Notes under the pieces: generated by a model
The model's input: only the letters and a program-made list of their open reading frames with translations
What the model was told of the DNA's origin: nothing
Databases searched by the model: none
NCBI GenBank assembly: GCA_040260805.1
Contig: JBDQPD010000003.1
Span: 6,166-70,165 of the forward strand
Direction: 5' to 3'
Length of the DNA: 64,000 bases
DNA from: Myxococcota bacterium
Lineage (GTDB): Bacteria > Myxococcota > UBA4151
In this document: positions 10,755-22,534 of the stretch, piece after piece
How the letters are laid out: each line of letters starts with the position of its first letter
How positions within the stretch are numbered: position 1 is the stretch's first letter
Position numbers and translations under genes: made by a program

Positions 10755-13100
10755 ATGACCGACCAAACGACCATTGAAATCCCTGCAGAATTACCTGTTT
10801 TAGCGCTGCGCGATCTCGTCGTCTTTCCTTTCATGATCGCTCCGATTCGGGTCGGGCGAACCAAAAGCATCCGAGCCATTGAAGAAAGCTTAGGTCACGG
10901 CAGACTCATCTTCTTGATGACTCAAAAGGATCCGGGCGTCGAAGACCCGGAAGCAGACGACCTACCGATCGTCGGGTGTATTGCCATGGTGATGCGTATG
11001 CACCGCGTCGGTGACGGCGGCATGAAGGTTTTGGTTCAAGGCTTAATGAAAGCCAGGCGCATCGAAACCACGACCAACGACCCGTGCATGCGGGTGACCT
11101 TCGAGGAAATCGAAGACATTGAGCCGCCTGAAATCTCCGAGGAATGTCAAAATGTCATCGAGAGCGTCCGGGAAAATCTCGACGTCCTTGCGGGGGACCT
11201 TCAGGGGCCGGGCGCCGATACGATCATGGTGCTCAAGGGGGTCCAAGACCCAGGGCGTTTAGCTGATCTCACGGCAGCCCATCTGTCTCTTGAGTCCTCT
11301 GAAGCTCAGGAAATTCTTGAGGTCATTGATCCGGTTGAGCGTCTGACTATGGTGCACCGCTTGCTCGATCTACAGCTGCAGCGACGACAGACCAAAGACC
11401 GTATAGAGCAAGCGACGCGCAGCCAAATGAGCCGTAACCAGAGGGAATACTATCTGCGCGAACAAATGCGGCAGATTCGACGCGAGCTTGGCGACTCAGA
11501 AGAAGACGACCCAATCCAAGAGCTACGCGACCGCATCGATATGCTCGAATTACCCGAAGAAGCGATGGCTGAAGTCCTCAAGCAAATTCGAAGGCTTGAA
11601 GGGCTCAACGCAGAGAGCACAGAAGCGGCAAATCTGCGCTCCTATCTGGATTGGATCTGTGATCTACCTTGGAACGAATTCACGGAAGATAAACTCGATT
11701 TAGCTGAGAGTGAAGAGATCCTTGATGCCGATCACTACGGCCTCAACGACGTCAAAGAGCGTATCCTCGAGTACCTCAGCGTGCGTCAAAAGAATCCGAA
11801 CCTCAAAGGGCCTATCTTGTGCCTTGTGGGCCCTCCAGGGGTCGGCAAGACCTCAATTGGTAAATCCGTTGCACGCGCCCTTGGTCGTCGCTTTGAGCGT
11901 ATTTCACTTGGCGGCATGCGTGATGAAGCCGAGATCAGAGGTCACCGTCGCACCTATGTCGGCGCCATGCCCGGACGGATCATTCAAGCGATCAAGCAAG
12001 CGGGTACGATGAATCCTGTGATCATGCTCGACGAGCTCGATAAGGTCGGTTCGGACTTTCGCGGTGACCCAGCTGCAGCCCTACTTGAGGTGCTCGATCC
12101 AGAACAAAACACAAGCTTTCGGGATCATTACATCAACCTACCTTTTGATCTGAGCCAGGTTTTGTTCATCGCCAACGCAAACCTGACCGACACGATCCCA
12201 CGTCCCTTGCTCGACAGGCTCGAGATGATTCGATTAGCCGGCTACACGGCCAATGAAAAACTGCAGATCTGCCGACGCTATATCGTCGACCGGCAGAGCG
12301 AGCAAAACGGCTTAAACGAAGAAGAGATTCACTTCTCAAACCCATCACTTCGTGAGCTGATTCAGGGGTATACACGAGAAGCCGGCGTGCGTGGCCTAGA
12401 GCGCCAAGTCGGAACGGTTTGCCGCAAGGTTGCGAGACGCATCGTCTCCAAAGAGATCACGCGCGGCAAAATCACCCCCAACGCGCTGAGGCGCTACCTA
12501 GGCCCGGCGCGCTACACATCCGATCCGGACATTGCGAACGATGAAGTGGGCTGCGCCAATGGGCTCGCCTGGACGAGCGTCGGTGGCGAAGTGCTCGTTG
12601 TGGAAGCCAGCCTGATGAAGGGTAAGGGGAATCTTATTCTGACCGGACAGCTCGGCGACGTCATGAAAGAATCCGTGCGCGCAGCGCTGACCTTCTTGCG
12701 CAGTCATGGCGAAGAGTTCGGCATCGAAGAATCAGCGCTCGATGAAAAAGATTTGCATATTCACGTCCCGGCGGGCGCTATCCCCAAAGACGGCCCAAGC
12801 GCCGGTATTACGATGGCTACAGCGATTCTTAGCCTGCTCACCGAGCGGGCGGTTCGACGCGACGTCGCCATGACCGGTGAGATCACCTTGCGCGGGCGAG
12901 TGATGACCATCGGCGGGCTCAAGGAAAAGTGCCTCGCAGCGCTGCGCCTAGGGATCAAAACCGTGTTGATTCCCAAGGGTAACGAAGTCGATGTGGGCGA
13001 GCTCCCCAAAGAGGTGCGGCGCGGTTTGGATATCTATCCCTGCGAGCATGTCCGTGAGGTGTTCGAGCACACCTTTGTTGAGGACGACTCGGGCGCTTAG
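10755..13100 (+). CDS. lon: ATP-dependent Lon protease (paralogue 1)
   Basis: LAN domain ([15 protein letters not shown]), AAA+ Walker [18 protein letters not shown], Walker [12 protein letters not shown], protease Ser-Lys dyad context [14 protein letters not shown] / [10 protein letters not shown]. Confidence 0.95.
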   Translation: MTDQTTIEIPAELPVLALRDLVVFPFMIAPIRVGRTKSIRAIEESLGHGRLIFLMTQKDPGVEDPEADDLPIVGCIAMVMRMHRVGDGGMKVLVQGLMKARRIETTTNDPCMRVTFEEIEDIEPPEISEECQNVIESVRENLDVLAGDLQGPGADTIMVLKGVQDPGRLADLTAAHLSLESSEAQEILEVIDPVERLTMVHRLLDLQLQRRQTKDRIEQATRSQMSRNQREYYLREQMRQIRRELGDSEEDDPIQELRDRIDMLELPEEAMAEVLKQIRRLEGLNAESTEAANLRSYLDWICDLPWNEFTEDKLDLAESEEILDADHYGLNDVKERILEYLSVRQKNPNLKGPILCLVGPPGVGKTSIGKSVARALGRRFERISLGGMRDEAEIRGHRRTYVGAMPGRIIQAIKQAGTMNPVIMLDELDKVGSDFRGDPAAALLEVLDPEQNTSFRDHYINLPFDLSQVLFIANANLTDTIPRPLLDRLEMIRLAGYTANEKLQICRRYIVDRQSEQNGLNEEEIHFSNPSLRELIQGYTREAGVRGLERQVGTVCRKVARRIVSKEITRGKITPNALRRYLGPARYTSDPDIANDEVGCANGLAWTSVGGEVLVVEASLMKGKGNLILTGQLGDVMKESVRAALTFLRSHGEEFGIEESALDEKDLHIHVPAGAIPKDGPSAGITMATAILSLLTERAVRRDVAMTGEITLRGRVMTIGGLKEKCLAALRLGIKTVLIPKGNEVDVGELPKEVRRGLDIYPCEHVREVFEHTFVEDDSGA

Positions 13101-13103
13101 GCA

Positions 13104-14069
13104 ATGGCCGAAACTGATCTGATCTCTGTCTTGGTAAAGCAAGCTCGTCGACACAAAGACGGGCAAACTCAGTTGGGACCAGGTGACGACGGCGCTTTTA
13201 TTCGCAGCGTCTCGAATGGTTTAGTGGTGTCCACCGACAGCTATCTTGAGGGCAGCCACTACCGAAAGGCTTGGCTCGAACCTGAGCAGCTTGCTCAGCG
13301 CTGCTTAGGCGCTGCGCTAAGCGACCTGGCCGCGATGGGCGCGCTGCCTCGCTTTTATACCTTAGCGCTGAGTCTCGATGGATCAGAACCCGATGACTTT
13401 ATCCACCGCCTCGGTACCGGTCTCGGGGTGGTCGCCAAACAGTTCAAAATTGATCTGATCGGCGGCGACATCACCAAAAGCAGTCAGCAAGGGCTCACCT
13501 TCACCGTCATGGGGAGCCCAATGCAAGGCCGTGTTCTGCGACGACATGGCGCTCGTGAAGGGGATGAAATTTGGTTGAGTGGCAGCCTTGGCGCCTCGGC
13601 GGCGGGTCTTGCGGTCCTCAAGAACAACGCCAACGACAAAAGCCAGCTTAGCGATGGGTTCCGAACGGTTGAACCCCGGATCCTCCTTGGCACAACGCTG
13701 ACTCGAATGGGAATTGCCAGCGCCGGGCTCGATCTAAGCGATGGCTTAATTTTGGATCTCTACCGTCTGTGTAGGGCTTCACAATGCGGTGCGGTGATCG
13801 ATCGCAAATCGCTTCCTGTTGATCCAAGGGTTAATCGAATTTCGGAGATGATGAATGAACCAAGCGATCAGTACGTTTTATACGGCGGTGAGGATTATGA
13901 GTTGTTGTTCTGCGTTTCACCATCGATGGTAGAGGCGATGCATGACGTCTCCATAGCAACCTCGGTGCGCCTGACGCGCATTGGGGTGATCACCAGCGGC
14001 AAGCAGGTTACTGATCGATCAGGTACAGTTTATCCCCAGCGTGGCTGGGACCCTTTTATGGAGCTTTGA
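13104..14069 (+). CDS. thiL: Thiamine-monophosphate kinase ThiL
   Basis: AIR-synthase-related fold motifs QLGPGDDGAFI, ALSDLAAMGA, DLIGGDIT. 321 aa, starting 3 nt after the lon stop. Confidence 0.85.
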   Translation: MAETDLISVLVKQARRHKDGQTQLGPGDDGAFIRSVSNGLVVSTDSYLEGSHYRKAWLEPEQLAQRCLGAALSDLAAMGALPRFYTLALSLDGSEPDDFIHRLGTGLGVVAKQFKIDLIGGDITKSSQQGLTFTVMGSPMQGRVLRRHGAREGDEIWLSGSLGASAAGLAVLKNNANDKSQLSDGFRTVEPRILLGTTLTRMGIASAGLDLSDGLILDLYRLCRASQCGAVIDRKSLPVDPRVNRISEMMNEPSDQYVLYGGEDYELLFCVSPSMVEAMHDVSIATSVRLTRIGVITSGKQVTDRSGTVYPQRGWDPFMEL

Positions 14070-16036
14070 TCATGCGTTTAGAGATCGACGATCAAACGCT
14101 CAAAGATCGCATCACGCAGGTCATTCAACCCCTAGGCGAGGCGAACCTTTGCCTGCGGCTCTATCCTCACCCTCACAGCTTTCCGCCATCCAATGGACCG
14201 GTAGCTGCCTTGATTGTCGCGCCCGAAGGGGTCGCTCAAGCGGTCGCTGAAGAGGTGGACGAGCTGCTCTTTGTCGAGATGAAGGATTCGGATCTAGCAC
14301 GCCGGCTTCAGCGCCTAGCGAATGCAAATCAAGATGATGCAAGCAGCGACCTTGAGGCGCTGCAGCACCTGACTCGAGCGATGGCAACAAGCCGAGACCC
14401 TGCGGTGATTCTAAAACGCATCTCCAAGGCGCTCGCAGAGCGCATCGAATTTACCCGCTCAAGCATCCTGTTGTTCAACGTCGACGAAGGCCGGGCTCAG
14501 GTCATCACCGCAACCGATCGTGGTGATGACTCGGGGGACCCGCTTCATCTTGAGATCAACAAATACCCCGAGCTTCTCAAGCTGATTGAAACCCGCAACA
14601 CGGTCGTGATCAACGACACCTCGATCGATCCTTTGATGGACGCTGTGCGAGATGACGTCACCAGCGCCGGCGTCGGCGCTGCGGTTTTGTTTCCCCTGCT
14701 CTTTGAGGGCGACCTGATCGGCTGCGTGTTTCTTCGCCGCGCAGCCGGGCTTCCAGGGCCACGGACCGAGGCGCTTCGCTTTGGTGAGATCGTCGCTGGC
14801 GCCTGCGCCACGGCGCTTCATACCGCCAGGCTCTTGCGAACCGCTAGGCATCGACAGGTTCAAGCCACCCGGGCTCGAATGCTCGCCGAGTCTAAGCTCA
14901 AAGACTACGAACGCTTCGAGGAGTTTTTCGCTTACGCGAGCGACGGGATGGCGGTTCTTGACGCCGAAGGCCGGTTCTTAGCGATCAACCCCGAAGGTCG
15001 GAAAATTCTCAGCTTTAGCGAAGAAGAGCTGCGTGAGCGACCGATTGCTCAAGTCGTTTCAACTCAAGACCAGACGGTCATTTCGAGGGTTGTCCGCGGC
15101 TTCAACCATAGAGTCTTTCCGCGCAACCTGCACATCCGCGTGGTGACGGGTCGAGGCCAAGAGCGAACCATCAGCTTGAGCGCCGGTGGGCTGGGTGGTC
15201 AAAGCTCAGGCGTCATCGCTAGCTTTCGGGATGTGACCGAAGCCACCATGCTTCAGCGCGAATTGACCGCCACCAAAGAGTTTTTAGAAAAGCTGGTTAA
15301 TCGCACCGGAGACGGCATCGTATCGGCGCGTCTTGATGGACAAATTATCCTCTTCAACAGCGCCGCAGAAGACATCTTCGGCCTTTCAGCGCGAGAGATG
15401 CTGTACAAAGAGCGCGCTGCGGAGCTGTTCACTGCGCTCGGCTGGCAGGACCTGGTGACCGAACTGCGCAGCTCAGGCGGCGTGGTCTCGAGCGCTCAGC
15501 GCACGATGCGGCATCAAAGCGGCCGCGATGTGATCGTTCGACTCGGCGCCTCCATGCTCTTTGAGGACAACCAAGAAGCAGCGGTCGTGATGTTGGTTCA
15601 TGATATGAGCCAAGAGATGGCGCTGCGCGCAGAGATTGACGAACAAACAGCTCAAGCAGGTGAGATCCAAGGGGCATTGCTCATGGCCGCTACCGCCGCT
15701 CATGAACTCAACCAGCCGCTGACCACCATCCTAGGCTTCGCCGATATGGCGATGCAGCAACTCGAAGCAGAGCACCGAGCACGCAGCGCGCTCAATCGTA
15801 TTACAGAAGCAGCGGAGCGACTCGCCAAACGAGTCAGCGAGCTAGGGCGCCTAAAGCGGATCGTGACCCGCTCTTATGGCGACGGTGCGGAGATTGTCGA
15901 TCTCGAGGCTTCCACCCGAACTCAAGTCCCAAGCTCAGCTTCGATCACCCACAGCGCAGACAGCGACGAGATCACGCAGACCAGCTTCCGAATCGCTGGA
16001 CCTGCACCTATTCTTGACCCGGAGACTACCTCATGA
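14066..16036 (+). CDS. GAF-PAS-PAS sensor protein with a His-kinase DHp/H-box but no HATPase_c domain
   Basis: GAF-like region (aa ~100-250, ...AAVLFPLLFEGDLIGCVFL), then two PAS-like regions (FAYASDGMAVLDAEGRFLAINPEG; VNRTGDGIVSARLDGQIILFNSAAEDIFG). H-box AATAAHELNQPLTTILGFADMA has its His codon at 15701-15703. Only ~110 aa follow, with no N, G1 or G2 boxes. The start may be ATG 14072. Confidence 0.75.
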   Translation: MIMRLEIDDQTLKDRITQVIQPLGEANLCLRLYPHPHSFPPSNGPVAALIVAPEGVAQAVAEEVDELLFVEMKDSDLARRLQRLANANQDDASSDLEALQHLTRAMATSRDPAVILKRISKALAERIEFTRSSILLFNVDEGRAQVITATDRGDDSGDPLHLEINKYPELLKLIETRNTVVINDTSIDPLMDAVRDDVTSAGVGAAVLFPLLFEGDLIGCVFLRRAAGLPGPRTEALRFGEIVAGACATALHTARLLRTARHRQVQATRARMLAESKLKDYERFEEFFAYASDGMAVLDAEGRFLAINPEGRKILSFSEEELRERPIAQVVSTQDQTVISRVVRGFNHRVFPRNLHIRVVTGRGQERTISLSAGGLGGQSSGVIASFRDVTEATMLQRELTATKEFLEKLVNRTGDGIVSARLDGQIILFNSAAEDIFGLSAREMLYKERAAELFTALGWQDLVTELRSSGGVVSSAQRTMRHQSGRDVIVRLGASMLFEDNQEAAVVMLVHDMSQEMALRAEIDEQTAQAGEIQGALLMAATAAHELNQPLTTILGFADMAMQQLEAEHRARSALNRITEAAERLAKRVSELGRLKRIVTRSYGDGAEIVDLEASTRTQVPSSASITHSADSDEITQTSFRIAGPAPILDPETTS

Positions 16037-16794
16037 GGATTACCCTTGCTCTGCTCTCGCTCGCCCTTCCTGCTCACGCAGAGGACGCCAAAGCCTACGC
16101 GCAAAGAGTGCTCGATGCCGATGCGATGGGATGGACCAAAGCCGAAGTCAAAATGCGCCTAACCATCACCGACAAAAAGAAGCGTCAAAAGGCTCGCGCT
16201 CTCGAGATCAAAGGCGCCACCCTCAAGGGCCGCGCGCACACCTTAGTACGCTTTGCTGAGCCAGCCGAGCTTGCCGGCACCGCCATGCTGATGCGCGAAG
16301 AGCCGGGCGGCTCAACAACTCAATTACTCTATCAGCCCACCTACGATAAAATCCGTCCGATCGGAGCGTCTTCAAAAAATGAGCGGTTTATGGGCACCGA
16401 CTTTAGTTACTCGGATTTTGAAAAGCGTGACACCGACGAGGGGCTGTATAGCTTCGGCAAAGACACCGCCTGCGGCAAAGCGATGTGTCGTGTGGTCCAG
16501 ATCAAGCCTCAAAAAGGTCTCTTGAACAACGAATTCGGGCGCATCGAATTGCAAGTTCATCCCAAAGCGCAAGTCCCACTCCGGACACTCTTCTTCGCAA
16601 AAGACGGCACCACAATGGTCAAATCAATGACCGTTAATCGCCTGCGCAAGCACCAGGGTCGCTACGTGGTCTTTGCGGCGACGATGAAAGACGTCAACCG
16701 TGGATCCAAGACCCGAGTCGACGTCTTGAAGATCAATTTCAATGCCCAATTCGGGCCAGCGGATTTCAGCGAAGCTGCCTTACGAGGGCAGTAA
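16033..16794 (+). CDS. Secreted LolA-like / outer-membrane lipoprotein-sorting family protein
   Basis: Signal peptide MRITLALLSLALPAHA. The motif RFMGTDFSYSDFE is typical of LolA-like (outer membrane lipoprotein-sorting) proteins. ATGA overlap with the upstream sensor gene. Confidence 0.6.
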   Translation: MRITLALLSLALPAHAEDAKAYAQRVLDADAMGWTKAEVKMRLTITDKKKRQKARALEIKGATLKGRAHTLVRFAEPAELAGTAMLMREEPGGSTTQLLYQPTYDKIRPIGASSKNERFMGTDFSYSDFEKRDTDEGLYSFGKDTACGKAMCRVVQIKPQKGLLNNEFGRIELQVHPKAQVPLRTLFFAKDGTTMVKSMTVNRLRKHQGRYVVFAATMKDVNRGSKTRVDVLKINFNAQFGPADFSEAALRGQ

Positions 16795-16803
16795 CGCGAC
16801 CCC

Positions 16804-16839
16804 CCAAAACGACAACAGGCGCCCAATCATAGGCGCCTG
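16804..16839 (-). terminator. Intrinsic terminator downstream of groEL (hairpin shared with the convergent + strand gene)
   Basis: The minus strand reads CAGGCGCC-TATGATTG-GGCGCCTG followed by TTGTCGTTTTGGGG. It lies in the 72-nt convergent gap between 16794 and 16867. Confidence 0.55.
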
Positions 16840-16866
16840 CTGCACTGCGTTTGAATGAGCAGGGGC

Positions 16867-18525
<1,659 letters not shown>

Positions 18526-18545
18526 CTAAAGGCTTTGGGGTAATT

Positions 18546-18836
18546 TTATGCTTCAACTACAGCGAGGATGTCGTCCTCGCGCAGAATGATCAGTTCTTCG
18601 CCATCCAGCTTGATCTCGGTGCCCGAGTACTTGCTGAAAAGAATCTGGTCACCATCGGTGACCGTCAGAGCGCGCACGTCGCCCTTATCGTTAGTGCGGC
18701 CAGGGCCAGCGACAACCACCTCGCCACGCGCTTGTTTTTCTTGAGCGGTGTCGGGGATATAAAGACCTGAAGCAGTCTGTTGCTCGCCTTCGACGCGGCG
18801 CACAACCACTCGATCATGCAAAGGACGGATCTTCAT
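18546..18836 (-). CDS. groES: Co-chaperonin GroES (Hsp10)
   Basis: [29 protein letters not shown]. The track start (TTG 18848) contains the GGAG Shine-Dalgarno, so ATG 18836 is the better start. Confidence 0.95.
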   Translation of the reverse strand: MKIRPLHDRVVVRRVEGEQQTASGLYIPDTAQEKQARGEVVVAGPGRTNDKGDVRALTVTDGDQILFSKYSGTEIKLDGEELIILREDDILAVVEA

Positions 18837-18956
18837 TATTTTCTCCAAATTTCAAAAGGCTATGCCAGTATTAATTTCTAATCTGCCTGCCGGGTACACA
18901 AGCGCCCCGACTCAAACAAGCGCAAAGTAAGCAAGGAGGCTGCTTTGGCAAGCCCG

Positions 18957-18992
18957 AAAAACAAAGAAAGCGACGGCTTTTCAGCCGTCGCT
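18957..18992 (-). terminator. Intrinsic terminator downstream of tRNA-Phe
   Basis: The minus strand reads AGCGACGGC-TGAAAA-GCCGTCGCT followed by TTCTTTGTTTTT. It begins 8 nt after the tRNA 3' end and lies upstream of the groES promoter region. Confidence 0.7.
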
Positions 18993-18999
18993 CTTTGAA

Positions 19000-19075
19000 T
19001 GGTGCCTGGGGAGGGAATCGAACCCCCGACACGCGGATTTTCAATCCGCTGCTCTACCGACTGAGCTACCCAGGC
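19000..19075 (-). tRNA. tRNA-Phe (anticodon GAA), CCA encoded
   Basis: The reverse complement reads GCCTGGGTAGCTCAGTCGGTAGAGCAGCGGATTGAAAATCCGCGTGTCGGGGGTTCGATTCCCTCCCCAGGCACCA. It has a 7-bp acceptor stem GCCTGGG/CCCAGGC, anticodon arm GCGGA-TTGAAAA-TCCGC, a T-arm GGTTCGATTCC, and is 76 nt long. Confidence 0.95.
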
Positions 19076-19138
19076 GTCAGTAGGTCCAGCGCTCCTAGAA
19101 AGGTGGCCTAAGCTTTGTCAATCAGATTGCACTTAAAC

Positions 19139-19567
19139 TCAGGCGTAGCCGTGCCGCCGCAGGACCTCTCGGGCCCCTTGTATTTCATGCAATCGCTGCC
19201 GCATCTGCGCATGGTCTTCGGGTGGGTGTCGGTCTGGGTGTGCGTTAGCGAGGGCTCGCCTGATCATCTTCTTGAGGTCATCTCTCGCCGGCGGCGAAGC
19301 CAGGCCTAGCGCCATCAGCGCGGCCACGACTTCCATGGGAAGCGCTTTGCGGGGAGCCCCACTCGGTGCTGGCTGCATCCAATCTGGAATTGCGCCGCCG
19401 AAAAGTGGGGGCGTCGGTTTTGGTGCGTGAGCGCGCGCCTCTGGCCGCGGCCGAGCGGGCTCAGGTTCTGGAGCGTCCGACCTGCTGCTTGGGATACGCC
19501 CAAGAACGAACAGCTGCTCGACATCAGAAAAAAACGTCAACGTTTCGCGCCAGAGCCAACCCATCAA
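19139..19567 (-). CDS. Small J-domain protein (C-terminal DnaJ-like domain with HPD)
   Basis: The C-terminus DDLKKMIRRALANAHPDRHPPEDHAQMRQRLHEIQGAREVL fits J-domain helices II-III with an intact HPD. The N-terminal half is Pro-rich. 4-nt overlap with the upstream ORF. Confidence 0.6.
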   Translation of the reverse strand: MMGWLWRETLTFFSDVEQLFVLGRIPSSRSDAPEPEPARPRPEARAHAPKPTPPLFGGAIPDWMQPAPSGAPRKALPMEVVAALMALGLASPPARDDLKKMIRRALANAHPDRHPPEDHAQMRQRLHEIQGAREVLRRHGYA

Positions 19568-20049
19568 GGGAAGCTCCCTCGCACAGAGCGCCCCTTCGTC
19601 GACCGTCCGCCCATCTGGGCATCTTGGTAACGGTTCGGGTCAGCACCCACAGCCTTCTTCACTCGAGCGTCTGGACCAAACCCCAAATCCATTTGTCCGT
19701 TTTGCGGCTGCAGGGATCCGCCAGGAATCGCGCGGTCCACCAAAGCGATGTACGTCGAGCCTCCACGTTTGCCCCAAATCACGACACCCTTTACCAGGAT
19801 GACAGGTGCGGTTGGGTTTCTGCCGATGCGTCGCTCTTTGAGCGCAACCACATAAGTCAGCTGCTCCTCTTCAGTCTGCAGGCGGGCGCTCTTCCTTAGC
19901 CTCTTAGTGTACCAAGCCACGACTCGCTCAACCGATTGGTCGACCCAATAGGTCTTCACCTCTTTGACCTGAGCGTCGCCAAATTTTTTGGCAACCGCTC
20001 CAGGGTAGGTTGGCAGATTAGCCATCAAGATTAGGGTCGCGATCATCAT
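19564..20049 (-). CDS. Hypothetical protein (161 aa)
   Basis: Only an ORF between dnaA and the J-domain gene on the same strand. Hydrophobic N-terminus (MMIATLILMANL). No recognisable motif. Confidence 0.35.
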   Translation of the reverse strand: MMIATLILMANLPTYPGAVAKKFGDAQVKEVKTYWVDQSVERVVAWYTKRLRKSARLQTEEEQLTYVVALKERRIGRNPTAPVILVKGVVIWGKRGGSTYIALVDRAIPGGSLQPQNGQMDLGFGPDARVKKAVGADPNRYQDAQMGGRSTKGRSVRGSFP

Positions 20050-20155
20050 AGCCTATTAAACGGCACCCCTTTGCGAATTCCAAGGGCCCGATATCCCGAT
20101 GAGTTTTTTGCTCTGCCGTGCGGCTGATGCCAGCTTAGCGCTCAGGAGCTAAACC

Positions 20156-20407
20156 ATGGGTGAATTGATCGATCTATCGCTGCTTCGTCGAGCCTATCGG
20201 ATTCTCGATAATTTTGTCGGTGATGGCTTAGATTTACCTCGTGATGAGCAAGGTGGCGCCTGTACCGACCTGATCGATCAGACCATCGCGTGGTGCTGTG
20301 ATTGGTTGCAGCGTCGCGGCGGTCGTTCGCCATCAGCAGCAGAGCAAAGAGCGATGCGCCGCCACTTGCTCAACCTGCTTGAAACTCGGCTTGGTCAAGC
20401 GCTCTAG
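20156..20407 (+). CDS. Hypothetical protein (83 aa)
   Basis: ATG preceded by AGGAG at 8 nt. Convergent with dnaA; the two stop codons overlap in a CTAG. No recognisable motif. Confidence 0.35.
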   Translation: MGELIDLSLLRRAYRILDNFVGDGLDLPRDEQGGACTDLIDQTIAWCCDWLQRRGGRSPSAAEQRAMRRHLLNLLETRLGQAL

Positions 20408-21825
20408 CCGATATCCTTTTGTAAGCGACGCTTGAGAGCGTCTCGCTGAGCGGCTCCGTCTTTGCCGCTGACCAGATCACTGTAGCGAGCGAGCGTGTGG
20501 TGAATAGTCGAGTGATCTCGGCCGAGCAATTGACCGATCTCCGTCTGACTCGCTGGCGTCATGTCACGCACCAGACCCGCGATCCAAATCCGCGCCTGCA
20601 CCAAGCGGCGTGTGCGCCCTTTGCCTCGGACGGCAGAAAATTCGACGTCGAGCAAACCCGCCACCGCGCGCGCTATTTGATCAGGGCTCTGGTGCAAGCG
20701 TCGAGCCTGCACATCACCAAACATCTCTTGAGCCAATTCAACCGTGATCTCTGGTGCGCTGCGAAGCTCCGCACGAAGCACTAGGCGCTTAACGGCGCCC
20801 ACTAAATCACGTGTGTTGTCGCAATAAAGCTCTGCCAAGAGTTCAGCGACCCCTCGAGGTACCTGATGATAACCATGGCTAATCGCCTCAGCTGCTGATT
20901 GAGCAATCGCGACTCGGGTCTCAAACAAAGGCGGCTGCACTTCGACCACTAAACCGCCGCTCATGCGCGAGCGCAGTCGCTCTGGCAGCCCCTTGATTTG
21001 ATCAGGCGGGAGGTCCGATGTGAACGCCAGCCGCGCACCGCGCGCTTGATGCCAATTGAACAGATTGAACAGCTCACCAAGCGAGTGCTCTTTGCCTGAT
21101 AAGAGCTGAACATCATCGACCAGTAAGATGGCGCCCTCAAGCTGAACGCCGCGCCGAAAGAGCTGCATTCTTTGCTTGCGAATATGATCGATCACCAAGG
21201 TGACGAACTCATCGCCATTAAAGAACAACACAGGCGTGTTTGGGTTGCGCGCTTTGATCGCGTTACCGATTGCGCTCAAAAGATGCGTTTTGCCCGTGCC
21301 GCTGTGACCATAGATGTACAAAGGATTAAACCGAGTACCGCCTTTGCTGGCAAACGATTTGGCGGCAAAGAACGCTTCATCATTGCTCGAGTCAGCCATA
21401 AACGCATCGAAACTCATCGCCGAATCAAGCGGCGATCCGTATTCGTGGGCGCTCGGCTTTTTAGGCTTCGTGCTCGGCGATTTTGGTGCCGCGGATGGGG
21501 TCGCTGCGAACAAGGGCAGCTCTTGATCCGACGGGTTCACCTCAGCGATTTCAGGGTGATATTCGATAGCCAGATCGGTCACCGGCTGGTCCCAGCGCTT
21601 ACCCAGGTGCTCAAGAATCATCGGGAGATAGTTTTCAACCACACGAACCATCAACTCGTTCTTTGGGGTGAGCACCAAAATCCCGCCTGTTTCGCTGACC
21701 GCATGCAGTGAACTCAGAAGCGTTCGGCTTGCGTCGTGAAGATCAGGGGAAGCCTGAATCACCTCGTCAACAAAGCGCTTCCAGCGGTCCTGAAGAGTCA
21801 GCGTAGAATTCACGAGCGAGAACAT
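20404..21825 (-). CDS. dnaA: Chromosomal replication initiator DnaA
   Basis: AAA+ Walker A GHSGTGKTHLLSAIGN, Walker B LLVDDVQLLSGK, domain IV DnaA signature IGQLLGRDHSTIHH. Divergent from rpmH. Confidence 0.95.
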   Translation of the reverse strand: MFSLVNSTLTLQDRWKRFVDEVIQASPDLHDASRTLLSSLHAVSETGGILVLTPKNELMVRVVENYLPMILEHLGKRWDQPVTDLAIEYHPEIAEVNPSDQELPLFAATPSAAPKSPSTKPKKPSAHEYGSPLDSAMSFDAFMADSSNDEAFFAAKSFASKGGTRFNPLYIYGHSGTGKTHLLSAIGNAIKARNPNTPVLFFNGDEFVTLVIDHIRKQRMQLFRRGVQLEGAILLVDDVQLLSGKEHSLGELFNLFNWHQARGARLAFTSDLPPDQIKGLPERLRSRMSGGLVVEVQPPLFETRVAIAQSAAEAISHGYHQVPRGVAELLAELYCDNTRDLVGAVKRLVLRAELRSAPEITVELAQEMFGDVQARRLHQSPDQIARAVAGLLDVEFSAVRGKGRTRRLVQARIWIAGLVRDMTPASQTEIGQLLGRDHSTIHHTLARYSDLVSGKDGAAQRDALKRRLQKDIG

Positions 21826-22022
21826 CCCCTAGCGGAGCGAGCACATAACGCGCCCTGCCTTGGCCGGCAAAGAGATTAGCTCTTTGGCTAAAGCGGCGCC
21901 TAGCCCAACGGGCTCACATGCCTGAGGGTGGCCAGGTCAAGCCGCCAAGACAGAGTATTTTTGTTGACCCTCCTCGCGGCCACCATTAGAGGGCACAGCC
22001 CTTTGATTTCGGGAGTTTGAAG

Positions 22023-22172
22023 ATGAAGCGCACTTATCAGCCCAGTCGCATTCGCCGCGCTCGTCGCCACGGATTTCGCTCCCGCATGGCAACCGCCGAT
22101 GGCCGTAAGGTCCTCGCTCGGCGCCGGGCCAAGGGCCGCAAGCGCCTAACGGTCAAGCTCTACACGAAGTGA
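22023..22172 (+). CDS. rpmH: 50S ribosomal protein L34
   Basis: A 49-aa ORF, below the track cut-off: [56 protein letters not shown] upstream. The stop overlaps the rnpA GTG start. Confidence 0.9.
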   Translation: MKRTYQPSRIRRARRHGFRSRMATADGRKVLARRRAKGRKRLTVKLYTK

Positions 22173-22534
22173 GCCACTCGGAGCTTGGGTTCGCTCGGCG
22201 CTTTCGGCTGCGAAAACGCAAGCACTTCCTACGCACTCAACGACGCGGTCAGCGGATTAACGCCGGCCGTGTCTTTGTCTTTATGGCCGCTCACAGAGCA
22301 ACGGACAGCCGGTTCGGATTTACCGTGTCAAAGAAGGTTGGTGGGGCTGTGGTTCGCAACCGTGTGCGTCGACGACTCAAAGAGATCGTCCGTTTGAATC
22401 GGCATGCTTTTCCTGAACGACATTGCTTTGTCATCATCGCGCGGCCAGAAGCCGCTCAAGCTGACTTTGACAGCCTCAGACATGATTTACTGAGCGTCGC
22501 CGAAAAGGCGCAACGCAAACAAAGGACACCATGA
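22169..22534 (+). CDS. rnpA: RNase P protein component
   Basis: [22 protein letters not shown] signature. GTGA overlap with rpmH and ATGA overlap with yidC, in the classical rpmH-rnpA-yidC order. Confidence 0.85.
   Translation: MSHSELGFARRFRLRKRKHFLRTQRRGQRINAGRVFVFMAAHRATDSRFGFTVSKKVGGAVVRNRVRRRLKEIVRLNRHAFPERHCFVIIARPEAAQADFDSLRHDLLSVAEKAQRKQRTP

Noticed and set aside
18852-18867. Sigma-54-like TGGCAT-N-TTTGA upstream of groES (minus strand)
   Set aside because: The GG-to-G(C) spacing is off by one relative to the GG-N10-GC rule, and the -12 element lacks GC. It would also leave a leader of only about 10 nt overlapping the SD.
19000-20407. tRNA-Phe as an integration hotspot with the adjacent orphan ORFs as an islet
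   Set aside because: There is no integrase and no direct repeat of the tRNA 3' end. The orphan ORFs lie on the 5' side of the tRNA. The 3' side leads straight into a terminator and groES.
21826-22022. dnaA-rpmH intergenic region as oriC
   Set aside because: It is GC-rich, with no AT-rich tract and no 7/9 or better DnaA-box-like words seen by eye. It most likely holds just the divergent promoters.
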